From Piromyces finnis finn (lineage: Eukaryota > Fungi > Neocallimastigomycota), in the NCBI GenBank assembly GCA_002104945.1, contig MCFH01000016.1:62001-126000 (forward strand): DNA of 64,000 nucleotides. Reading direction: 5' to 3'. Position numbers and translations under genes: made by a program. Every line of letters begins with the position of its first letter. Position 1 is the stretch's first letter. Shown piece after piece: positions 46,746 through 57,984 of the stretch. Below the pieces are notes generated by a model. That model was not told the origin of the DNA. It made no database searches and saw only the letters and a program-made list of their open reading frames with translations.

Positions 46746-47605
46746 AAGAAAAAAAGAAATGAATAAAATTTTTAATAATTATTTTTTTTTTAGACAAGAT
46801 ATTATACTTTTTTATATTTATTTATATATTCATGTTATACAAGTTTAATAAAAAATATGAATCCTTAATGCTTTCATTCGTTGAATTACTAGTTTTTGAC
46901 CTTGTGTATAAAGAATATTAAAAGACTAAATCGGTATATACAAAGAAATTTATTGTTTGTATATCTAAGGACTCTAATTGCATTATTGAAGTTTATTATT
47001 TTTCTAATTAATTTTCTCTAATTTCTTTAATATCTTTAATATTAAACTTATGTAATAAATATGATTTTTTAATCTAAGAGTAATGAGACAATGAAGGAAT
47101 GTTAAATAGATACCTATAAAAGAAGTTATCTTATAAATCTCTTATAAGACTATATAGGCTAATAAATGAGTTTATATCCAAATTATTATTGTTAAAACTT
47201 TTATAGTAAAAATCATTAGTAACATCTCCATAAATTCTATTTTTTGTGAAACTTAAAAAAAATAAACGAATAAATATAATAAATAAATAAATAAATAAAT
47301 AAAAAAAGCCATAACCTTAATAAAATCCATCAAAAGTTTTATTATAGTTTTGACGGCTGTATTTAATAACGGTTGTATTTAATAAATAAAAAATTTAACT
47401 ATGAATTAAAATAAAACACAAATTAATAAAAGAAAACAATATAACAAATAAAAAGGACAATAAGACTAATTCTATTCCTAAATACTTATATAAACCGGTT
47501 ATTGTATAAAAATTACAAATTACAACTGGCGTAACTTCAGGAAAAAAACTTAAAATATTGTTAATTAATCGACTTAAAATATCAAATTTTGTTTTGCACT
47601 TCTGC

Positions 47606-49334
47606 CGATTTTTTTTTTTTTTTTTTTTTTTACAGCATCAAATATTTTAAACTTTATTATTAATTTAATTAAAATTATAATACATGTAATATAAAAAATT
47701 AAAAATAAAAATAAAAAAAAAATATGTTTAAATAAACACAAATGAATAAAAATCGGGTATAATGTATTCTAGTAATTTTAATTAAAGTAAGAAAGCCACT
47801 ATTATACTAAAGTATAATAATTGTATTTGACTTCCAATGGGACACCGAGCCAAAGATCAAAATTTTATCATGGAACAAAATTATGATCTCCATTGGTTGC
47901 GCTGGCCCTCCTGGCCTGTCTTACTGTTTCTTCAGCATTGACGCTCTTGGATGTTGCTTCAAACCTTTTGAACATTGACCATTGCTGGCCAATAGCAAAA
48001 GGCATGATTTTGGTTAGAAGTTCCGCAGTTACCGTCAAGAATGTTGTTCCTTCATTAGTACCAGATTGAATCTGACGCTTACAAAGTTCTTTCCATTCCC
48101 TTGAATTGTAATTAATATTGTTAAAACTTCTTCCCCCAAGAAGGAATTTAAATATTTTACTGCACACACTAGAATAATCATACACATTAATATTCACCGG
48201 ATTATTAGAACTATTATTATTATTAACTAAATTACTATCTAAATTAGAATTATTATCTTCACTATTGCTATTATTACTAATATTATTATTTCTATTACTA
48301 CTGTTGTTATTATTACTATTGTTATTATTACTATTGTTATTATTATTACTACTATTGTTACTATTACTATTAATGTTATTGCTATCTCTACTGATATTAA
48401 CATTTTCATTATTATTGATAGTACTATTGGAATGACATTGACTGAAAAAATTTAATAGCTGGACTATGGAATCATAATGTTTAATACGGATATCTCTAAA
48501 TGTTGGACAATCTAATAACCAATGCTTAATACTTTGAACACCACTCTTGCAACATGGACAGTAGTTAGGACAAACTGGATCAACAAATTTGGCAGCTTTG
48601 GCAACTCTAGCATCCAACTTGTATCCGCTTCTTGCTTTCAATAGCCAGTAGAAGCCATCGGTAAACTCTGGGTACTCATAACATAATTTAATAAAATCTT
48701 TAGTTTCAATAAATTTATTATCATCATAATATTGCGCTTTGATTGAATTCCCTTTGAGATCTTTCCGATAAAAGTTTTTAACTGCTTTAACATCTCCATG
48801 TTTCTTTAGTTTTTTATCAAGTGTCCTGCTTGATTTGCACCACGTGTATTTTCTAAATTTAGGAATGTAATTGACAAGGTGTGAGATAATACAATTTGAG
48901 TTTTTCCATTTGTTAAAATATCTAACCTGAGCTAACGCACATTTGGCTAACAATGAAGGAATATTCAAATCTTTTGAAATAGAGTATAAAGATATAAACG
49001 ATACAGCTTTATGAACTCCGGCAACCCATCATATTCCTTTATTAACATGCTTCTGAGCAATCTTAGACTTGGCTTTGTTGGATCCAAGTAAAGGTGCAAA
49101 GTATGAAACTCTGCTAATCACTTGTAAGTTAAGTACTAGCTTTTTGAAAGGAATAGGAATATCATTGTTGAACATTTCTGGATACCAAATTCGATTTCAT
49201 TATACAAAGCCCATTCATTAACATTTTTTAGCATCTTTTTTAAGCATCCTCTTGATGGAGCACAAATAACTATATCATTTGCAAAAAGTCCACCACAGCA
49301 TCGAATGCCACCTAAACTGACTCCGAAATCTTTG

Positions 49335-49336
<2 letters not shown>
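47606..49336 (-). mobile_element. LINE family 1, copy C (3' portion; oldest layer of the nest)
   Basis: Poly(A) then the family-1 3' UTR and C-terminal coding region, with a ~200-bp internal deletion at ~49161. Left TSD TGCACTTCTGC (47595-47605) is matched at 56985-56995. Confidence 0.92.
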
Positions 49337-49388
<52 letters not shown>

Positions 49389-51290
49389 GGCATCAAATAT
49401 TTTAAACTTTATTATTAATTTAATTAAAATTATAATACATGTAATAAAAAATTAAAAATAAATAAAAATAAAAAAAATATGTTTAAATAAACACAAATGA
49501 ATAAAAATTGGGTATAATGTATTCTAGTAATTTTAATTAAAGTAAGAAAGCCACTATTATACTGAAGTATAATAATTGTATTTGACATCCAATGGGACAC
49601 CGAGCCAAAGATCAAAATTTTATCATGGAACAAAATTATGATCTCCATTGGTTGCGCTGGCCCTCCTGGCCTGTCTTACTGTTTCTTCAGCATTGACGCT
49701 CTTGGATGTTGCTTCAAACCTTTTGAACATTGACCATTGCTGGCCAATAGCAAAAGGCATGATTTTGGTTAGAAGTTCCGCGGTTACCGTCAAGAATGGT
49801 GTTCCTTCGTTAGTACCAGATTGAATCTGACGCTTACAAAGTTCTTTCCATTCCCTTGAATTGTAATTGATATTGTTAAAACTTCTTCCCCCAAGAAGGA
49901 ATTTAAATATTTTACTGCACACACTAGAATAATCATACACATTAATATTCACCGGATTATTAGAACTATTACTATCATTAACTAAATTACTATCTAAATT
50001 AGAATTATTATCTTCACTATTGCTATCATTACTAATATTATTATTTCTATTATTGTTATTATTACTATTGTTACTATTACTATTGTTACTATTACTATTG
50101 TTATTACTACTATTGTTACTATTACTATTAATGTTATTACTATCTCTACTGATATTATCAATTTCATTATTATTGATAGGGCTATTGGAATTACGTTGAC
50201 TGAAAAAATTTAATAGCTGGACTATGGAATCATAATGTTTAATACGGATATCTCTAAATGTTAGACAATCTAATAACCAATGTTTAATACTTTGATCTCC
50301 ACACTTGCAACATGGACAGTAGTTAGGACAAACTGGATCAACAAATTTGGCAGCTTTGGCAACTCTAGCATCCAACTTGTATCCGCTTCTTGCTTTCAAT
50401 AGCCAGTAGAAGCCATCGGTAAACTCTGGGTACTCATAACATAATTTAATAAAATCTTTAGTTTCAATAAATTTATTATCATCATAATATTGCGCTTTGA
50501 TTGAATTCCCTTTGAGATCTTTCCAATAAAAGTTTTTAATTGCTTTAATATCTCCATGCTTCTTTAGTTTTTTATCAAGTGTCCTACTTGATTTGCACCA
50601 CGTGTATTTTCTAAATTTAGGAATGTAATTGACAAGGTGTGAGATAATACAATTTGAGTTTTTCCATTTGTTAAAACATCTAACCTGAGCTAACGCACAT
50701 TTGGCTGACAATGGAGGAATATTCAAATCTTTTGAAATAGAGTATAAAGATATAAACGATACAGCTTTATGAACTCCGGCAACCCATCGTATTCCTTTGT
50801 TGACATGCTTCTGAGCAATCCTAGACCTAGCTTTGTTGGATCCAAGTAATGGTGCAAAGTATGAAACTCTGCTAATCACTTGTGAGTTAAGTACTAGCTT
50901 TTTGAAGGGAATAGGAATATTAGGATTTCTTAAGAATTTACTGACTGAGAAAAGTCCTTTCAAAACCTTGTTATTAAGAGCTTTAATTACTGGTTTAAGG
51001 GACAAATTCTTATCAAATGGAACACCAAGATAAGTATAACAATCAGTAGTTGGAATGGGTTGTCCTGCTAAGTAAAATGTTGGATCTCTCTTGTTCTGAT
51101 TTTCTATTGATTCAGGACGAATCACCATCGTTGAACACTTCTGGATACCAAATTCCATTTCATTATACAATGCCCATTCATTAACTCTTCTAAGCATCTT
51201 TTTTAAGCATCCTCTTGTTGGAGCACAAATAACTATATCATCTGCAAAAAGTCCACCACAGCATCGAGTGTCACCTAAACTGACTCCAAG
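49337..51290 (-). mobile_element. LINE family 1, copy B (5'-truncated, open RT C-half to end)
   Basis: ~50-nt poly(A), 3' UTR and open coding region, nearly identical to copy A. Candidate 9-bp TSD ATCTTTGCA at 49328-49336 and 51291-51299. Confidence 0.85.
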
Positions 51291-51360
51291 ATCTTTGCAC
51301 TCTTTATATATATCATTAATGAAGAAATTAAAGAGAATAGGAAAAGTGGGCAACCTTGAC

Positions 51361-51365
<5 letters not shown>

Positions 51366-51396
<31 letters not shown>

Positions 51397-54300
51397 GGCA
51401 TCAAATATTTTAAACTTTATTATTAATTTAATTAAAATTATAATACATGTAATATAAAAATTAAAATAAAATAAAAATAAAAAAAATATGTTTAAATAAA
51501 CACAAATGAATAAAAATTGGGTATAATGTATTCTAGTAATTTTAATTAAAGTAAGAAAGCCACTATTATACTAAAGTATAATAATTGTATTTGACTTCCA
51601 ATGGGACACCGAGCCAAAGATCAAAATTTTATCATGGAACAAAATTATGATCTCCATTGGTTGCGCTGGCCCTCCTGGCCTGTCTTACTGTTTCTTCAGC
51701 ATTGACGCTCTTGGATGTTGCTTCAAACCTTTTGAACATTGACCATTGCTGGCCAATAGCAAAAGGCATGATTTTGGTTAGAAGTTCCGCGGTTACCGTC
51801 AAGAATGGTGTTCCTTCGTTAGTACCAGATTGAATCTGACGCTTACAAAGTTCTTTCCATTCCCTTGAATTGTAATTGATATTGTTAAAACTTCTTCCCC
51901 CAAGAAGGAATTTAAATATTTTACTGCACACACTAGAATAATCATACACATTAATATTCACCGGATTATTAGAACTATTACTATCATTAACTAAATTACT
52001 ATCTAAATTAGAATTATTATCTTCACTATTGCTATCATTACTAATATTATTATTTCTATTACTACTATTGTTATTATTACTATTTCTATTATTACTATTA
52101 CTACTATTGTTATTATTACTATTGTTATTATTACTATTAATATTATTACTATCTCTACTGATATTATCAATTTCATTATTATTGATAGGACTATTGGAAT
52201 TACGTTGACTGAAAAAATTTAATAGCTGGACTATGGAATCATAATGTTTAATACGGATATCTCTAAATGTTGGACAATCTAATAACCAATGTTTAATACT
52301 TTGATCTCCACACTTGCAACATGGACAGTAGTTAGGACAAACTGGATCAACAAATTTGGCAGCTTTGGCAACTCTAGCATCCAACTTGTATCCGCTTCTT
52401 GCTTTCAATAGCCAGTAGAAGCCATAGGCAAACTCTGGGTATTCATAACATAATTTAATAAAATCTTTAGTTTCAATAAATTTATTATCATCATAATATT
52501 GCGCTTTGATTGAATTCCCTTTGAGATCTTTCCAATAAAAGTTTTTAACTGCTTTAACATCTCCATGTTTCTTTAGTTTTTTATCAAGTGTCCTACTTGA
52601 TTTGCACCACGTGTATTTTCTAAATTTAGGAATGTAATTGACAAGGTGTGAGATAATACAATTTGAGTTTTTCCATTTGTTAAAACATCTAACCTGAGCT
52701 AACGCACATTTGGCTGACAATGGAGGAATATTCAAATCTTTTGAAATAGAGTATAAAGATATAAACGATACAGCTTTATGAACTCCGGCAACCCATCGTA
52801 TTCCTTTGTTAACATGCTTCTGAGCAATCCTAGACCTAGCTTTGTTGGATCCAAGTAATGGTGCAAAGTATGAAACTCTGCTAATCACTTGAGAGTTAAG
52901 TACTAGTTTTTTGAAAGGAATAGGAATATTAGGATTTCTTAAGAATTTACTGACTGAGAAAAGCCCTTTCAAAACCTTGTTATTAAGAGCTTTAATTACT
53001 GGTTTAAGGGACAGATTCTTATCAAATGGAACACCAAGATAAGTGTAGCAGTCAGTAGTTGGAATGGGTTGTCCTGCTAAGTAAAATGTTGGATCTCTCT
53101 TGTTCTGATTTTCTATTGATTCAGGACGAATCACCATCGTTGAACATTTCTGGATACCAAATTCCATTTCATTATACAAGGCCCATTCATTAACTCTTCT
53201 AAGCATCTTTTTTAAGCATCCTCTTGTTGGAGCACAAATAACTATATCATCTGCAAAAAGTCCACCACAGCATCGAGTGTCACCTAAACTGACTCCGAGA
53301 TCTTCACACTCTTTAAATATATCATTAATAAAGAGATTAAAAAGAATAGGCGAAAGTGGGCAACCTTGACGGACTCCTTTCTTCACATCAAAAGATTTCG
53401 AGAATTGTCCATCTAATTTGACATTAGCCTTAGATGTTAAATATAAATTTTTGATAAATTGTAAACTCTTACCTCGGATTCCTAAACAATCTAATTTATG
53501 GAGAATATTACCGATTGGGACTGAATCGTATGCTTTCCTGAGATCTAAAAAGGCCAAATATGTCTCTTTATTATCTAATTGACGTCTACGGCATATTTCT
53601 TGGATTGAAATGAAAAGACTGATACTTTCTTCCTTTTTTCGAAAACCAAATTGTTCAGGTCTAATGAAATTATTCTTTAGACCATATTCTGAAATTCTAG
53701 TGGTGACAATTTTGGAAATCAACTTAATACCATTATTGATAAGTGATATACCTCGATAGTTATCACAATCTGTCAAATCTCCCTTCTTAGGAATAGAAAC
53801 AATACTGGATTCATTCCATGAGTTGGGGAAGTCTCCATCCCAAATACGGTTGAATAATTTAAGAATAAAATTTAAACCATGAGCGTCATTATCTGAAGTG
53901 GTATTACCAGAAGAATTATTATCTGTAGCATTATTAGAATCATTACTTGATGGAATTAATGCTTTGTAAAATTCAATTGGAATACCATCCGGACCTGATG
54001 CTTTATAATTCGGAGTAGAGAGGATAGCTGACTTGACTTCATCAATACTAATATCTTGGTTGATATCCCACTCATCAAGCATAGGAAGTGAAAAACGTTT
54101 ATTCGTTGGTTCTTCATACCAATGCTCTAAATCAAGACTTACACCACTTGGATCTGATGCAAGGTTTTCGAAATGATCATGCCACACTTCTAGTTGTTCT
54201 TCCGTAGCAACAACTAATTCTCCATTTTTATTTTTAATTGGTTGAGCAATAAAGAAAGAATCTTTTCCAATTTTTGCAGTTTTCTTGATCCATTTCCAGG

Positions 54301-56924
54301 CCTTCTTAGGATTATGACTCTTCATATACTCACATCCTGTTTTAATCCAATGAAGATATTCTTGCTTCCTAAATTCATTACATCTTTTGTGGATGTAATC
54401 AATGAGCTTACGGTAGATTTTAATTCGTTTAATAAATTCATCTATATCATAAATTCTTTCTTTTTTAAATCTCTTATACAACTTCATTTTGATTTTTTGG
54501 AGATTAAAAATTTGTTGTGAAATATGAAATGAAGACTTTATAACATTATTTGCTGAAGTAATACTGAGCTCGTCTGCAATTGAAAAAGCAGTTGAAGTAA
54601 ACTCTTTGGAAAGTTCATCTGTAGAAACATTAGGATCGTTGAATTTTGCTGAAAGAATTTGGAATTTATTATGACTGATAATAGATTCCTTTTCCTCAAT
54701 ACATTTTAATCTATTCCATTTCAGAATTTTCTTAGGAACATTAAAGTCATTAGAAAAATCTTCCATAGGAATAATTTTACCATTAATAAGAAGTGGCTTA
54801 TGGTCTGATACAGGATAAAAATTATTTATAAATGATCCTGAGTGAATAAGATCTTTCATCTTCGAATTGATAAGAGCATGGTCAATGTCGGAAGATTGAT
54901 CACCTCGAGTCCAAGAGATAGTAGACCCTCTAAGCGGAAGAATTTCCCAATCTCCTAATCCATTAGTTGATAACCAGTTGGATAATTTTACTTTAGACAT
55001 ATTAAAATCACCAACAAGAATCGATGGATGGGATGAATGAGTTTGTAACCACAAGCGAACTTCTAACTTTGCATGATCAACATAGATGTTGTGATGACTA
55101 TGAGGCATATAAACATTACCAATCGAGCATTTGAATCTATTCCAGAGACTAAAAGTATAAATAGAAATAATATACTTTCCAGAGAAGTTTTCAAGTGAGG
55201 CTTGACATGAATTATGAAAACCTAAATATAAACCTCTCATTCCAGGAACTGATTCGTCAGCTTTCTTGAAAAAGTGTCTATAGTTTCGCAAAGTAACACG
55301 ACAAGGATAATCTGTATTCGAACCAGAACCATTACCAGTTTCTTGGAAACATAAAAATAATGGTTTGAAAATAGCTGTGAAATAGCTAATACTATCTCTC
55401 TTTTCATGATTCCACCCATTGGTGTTCCAACTAAGACAAAAAGAAAAGTTATCAGGCTTGTTGGATGAGGAAGAATCGTTGCTATTATTATTATTATCAA
55501 GGTCATCATTATTAATGGATGATGCATCAGAGGAATAAGTAGAACTATTACTAGATGGCTGTGAAACTGAAGAACTATCAACTATTGAACTGTTATCAGA
55601 GTTGATAGAGCTATTAGAATTAATTGTTGAATGTTGAGATTGAAATTGTGTTTGCTGTAGATCTGGAATATTTTCATGATGGGAAACTTGTTGAAGATCT
55701 TGTTGAAGATCTTGTTGAAGATCGGATTGTTGATGAGATTGTTGAACTGATTGTTGAAATGATTGTTGAATAGAATGTTGATGTTTATTAGAAACTAAAA
55801 TTTTACGTTTGAGTGTAGAAAAAGTGTATTTGTGATTCCTTCTACTACGAGCTGAAAAGGAAATTGAGGTAACTGAAAGTTTCTTCTTTAACATGTGTAA
55901 GATTTTAATACAATCTTTTGATGAACCATGAACCTTGACTAAGAAAAAGTGATCATTGAAAGTTTGAAAATATTTAACACTAATAACTGAATTAAATTTA
56001 TCTTCTAGAATAACCTCGAGTTTTTCCCATAGCATATTTACTGACCATGATCGAATACCACGGATAAAGAAGGAGCGAATATCATCTAAGGGGATACCAT
56101 AAGACCGGGTACCACGTCTGATATAATTCTTATCTTTAATATAAAGGACTGACATGATAATAAATTCTAATTAAAAAATATTGAATATAAAATAAATACT
56201 AATAAAAATTATAAATATAACGTATATGGAAAAAATCTGTCTCTCTCTCTCTTCTTAAAAGTACTGGATAGTACAAAAATTGTTACGATGCTTTGTTTAA
56301 AGTTTCATTTTTTTTTGAATTCTAGTTGTAAATTTTCTTTAAAAATTCTAGTTTTGGTTTGTTGTTAGTAAATTCGATTCGCTTTTTGACACTAAAATTG
56401 TTTGACTTTACTTTTCATTAAATATTTAAATTGGTAAAAAATTTGAATCAAGAATGTCGACACCAGAAAGCTTGTGAATAGTATTTTTACATGATGTAGA
56501 GTGAATCAGTCTCTTACAAGAAACAATACAACAATAGCTACATGAATATAAAAATACAATGCAAATGCTAAAGTTGACTACATTGGATTCTTACAAGAGA
56601 AGAGTAGTACTACATGAATACATGAATAAAAGAAAAAAATACAGCAACAAAATGTATTACTCTTCTAATTAAATACTATACAAACTTACCTGAGTATCAA
56701 ACATTCAACTTATTCATCAAATACTTAAATTCGATGAATAAAATGTTTTTTAATCGCTCAGTACCATGAGCTTAGTCCTAATAATTTTCCCTTAAAGACT
56801 AACCAAGCATCCATTGCGCAATGCTTGGATTTAATTCTTTCTACTCTCTCAGTACCATGAGCATGAGTAGACCCCCTTGAGAAACTACATTTATTAAATA
56901 AATGAAGGCACGTTCCCAAGAGGG
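51366..56924 (-). mobile_element. LINE family 1, copy A: apparently full-length, intact non-LTR retrotransposon (~5.56 kb)
   Basis: 769-bp 5' UTR, a single 1507-aa ORF, ~240-bp 3' UTR and ~28-nt poly(A). Bounded by a 14-bp TSD AACCTTGACGGACT at 51352-51365 and 56925-56938. Confidence 0.96.
51632..56155 (-). CDS. LINE polyprotein: RRM-like N-terminus, APE endonuclease, reverse transcriptase, C-terminal Cys/His knuckle
   Basis: APE motifs SWNTNG, LCFQET, NVYMP, ILVGDFN, DIDH and SDHKP. RT motifs SGPDGIP, IPKKGD, NYRGISL, QFGFR, LDLRKAYDSV, GVRQGCPLSPILF, FADD and YLGV. Knuckle CPCCKCGDQSIKHWLLDC. Confidence 0.96.
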   Translation of the reverse strand: MSVLYIKDKNYIRRGTRSYGIPLDDIRSFFIRGIRSWSVNMLWEKLEVILEDKFNSVISVKYFQTFNDHFFLVKVHGSSKDCIKILHMLKKKLSVTSISFSARSRRNHKYTFSTLKRKILVSNKHQHSIQQSFQQSVQQSHQQSDLQQDLQQDLQQVSHHENIPDLQQTQFQSQHSTINSNSSINSDNSSIVDSSSVSQPSSNSSTYSSDASSINNDDLDNNNNSNDSSSSNKPDNFSFCLSWNTNGWNHEKRDSISYFTAIFKPLFLCFQETGNGSGSNTDYPCRVTLRNYRHFFKKADESVPGMRGLYLGFHNSCQASLENFSGKYIISIYTFSLWNRFKCSIGNVYMPHSHHNIYVDHAKLEVRLWLQTHSSHPSILVGDFNMSKVKLSNWLSTNGLGDWEILPLRGSTISWTRGDQSSDIDHALINSKMKDLIHSGSFINNFYPVSDHKPLLINGKIIPMEDFSNDFNVPKKILKWNRLKCIEEKESIISHNKFQILSAKFNDPNVSTDELSKEFTSTAFSIADELSITSANNVIKSSFHISQQIFNLQKIKMKLYKRFKKERIYDIDEFIKRIKIYRKLIDYIHKRCNEFRKQEYLHWIKTGCEYMKSHNPKKAWKWIKKTAKIGKDSFFIAQPIKNKNGELVVATEEQLEVWHDHFENLASDPSGVSLDLEHWYEEPTNKRFSLPMLDEWDINQDISIDEVKSAILSTPNYKASGPDGIPIEFYKALIPSSNDSNNATDNNSSGNTTSDNDAHGLNFILKLFNRIWDGDFPNSWNESSIVSIPKKGDLTDCDNYRGISLINNGIKLISKIVTTRISEYGLKNNFIRPEQFGFRKKEESISLFISIQEICRRRQLDNKETYLAFLDLRKAYDSVPIGNILHKLDCLGIRGKSLQFIKNLYLTSKANVKLDGQFSKSFDVKKGVRQGCPLSPILFNLFINDIFKECEDLGVSLGDTRCCGGLFADDIVICAPTRGCLKKMLRRVNEWALYNEMEFGIQKCSTMVIRPESIENQNKRDPTFYLAGQPIPTTDCYTYLGVPFDKNLSLKPVIKALNNKVLKGLFSVSKFLRNPNIPIPFKKLVLNSQVISRVSYFAPLLGSNKARSRIAQKHVNKGIRWVAGVHKAVSFISLYSISKDLNIPPLSAKCALAQVRCFNKWKNSNCIISHLVNYIPKFRKYTWCKSSRTLDKKLKKHGDVKAVKNFYWKDLKGNSIKAQYYDDNKFIETKDFIKLCYEYPEFAYGFYWLLKARSGYKLDARVAKAAKFVDPVCPNYCPCCKCGDQSIKHWLLDCPTFRDIRIKHYDSIVQLLNFFSQRNSNSPINNNEIDNISRDSNNINSNNNNSNNNNSSNSNNRNSNNNNSSNRNNNISNDSNSEDNNSNLDSNLVNDSNSSNNPVNINVYDYSSVCSKIFKFLLGGRSFNNINYNSREWKELCKRQIQSGTNEGTPFLTVTAELLTKIMPFAIGQQWSMFKRFEATSKSVNAEETVRQARRASATNGDHNFVP

Positions 56925-56984
56925 AACCTTGACGGACTCCTTTCTTCACATCAAAAGATTTCGAGAATTGTCCATCTAATTTGA
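56925..56984 (-). mobile_element. Displaced 5' remnant of the target LINE copy (RT segment KLDGQFSKSFDVKKGVRQG), including the right TSD of copy A
   Basis: Identical to 53362-53421. It continues the sequence interrupted at 51365 and is followed by the outer TSD TGCACTTCTGC. Confidence 0.92.
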
Positions 56985-57984
56985 TGCACTTCTGCTAAGG
57001 AAATATAATAATTTTGTATTTAATTATTAAAACTTAATTTAAAATTATACACTATATTTATAATAATTTCTAACACACTTTCTAACACACTTATTCCATT
57101 AATTAACTTTTACCATTTTTTACCAAGAAATGTCTTTATATTAATCCTTTAAACAAAAAATAAAATTATCTTTAAGATTTAAAGATAAAAAACCCATACA
57201 TATACTCAAATTTACTAATATACATATTCACCTTATTTTAATACCTCCAAATAAAATATTTTTACAAACATCCACTATATTATTTTACTTAAATTTTAAA
57301 TAATCAATTAACTTATTTCATTCCTCAATTTCATTATTTTCAATATCGTATATCAAAATCAATCCTACACTTATTTTCACATCCAATTTTTATTAATCTA
57401 TATTTTGTTTATTTAAGCCTATTTATTGTCTTAATTTTACCACTATTTTAATACAATCTCTATTCTCTATAAAATTGATGGATGGATTGTTGTATTTTGA
57501 CAAACTATGCTAAATATTTTCCAATATTTATACTGACATTCATATTATACATCAATTATATTTAATATTACATTTGACTATTTTCGGTGATAATAGGCTT
57601 ATTTTATACTGTTTTTACTCCAAATTTCTTATATTTTCTAATATACTGATTATACAAAATTTTACTTCATAAATAAAATTACTTCATTGAAATATATCTC
57701 TTCGTTTATTTAAAATATTTTAAATAGTATCTATAAAAAAAGATAATAAATGGCTTTAAAAATGATTAAGTAATAAATAATTAGTTAAATATGATAGTTA
57801 AATATGTTATATACGAGATTTTTAAAATATTAGTATAATATGATTTTTTTAATTTTCGTATAATTTATAGTTTTATTGTTTAAAATATTTTATTGATCTA
57901 GTTTACTCTTTACAATGTTTTTACTTTTAATAAAAAAATGTTTAAGAGAACTTTTCCAACAAACATAATATTCGTCAATTTTGC

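Noticed and set aside
49136-51404. ORFs beginning MMPLKKKKK
   Set aside because: They start in the 3' UTR and poly(A) of the adjacent LINE copy and read into truncated RT sequence; junction artefacts.
56758-56949. 63-aa ORF starting MKKGVRQGSLLG
   Set aside because: A chimera across the TSD junction between the RT remnant and copy A's 5' UTR. It supports the nesting model but is not a gene.
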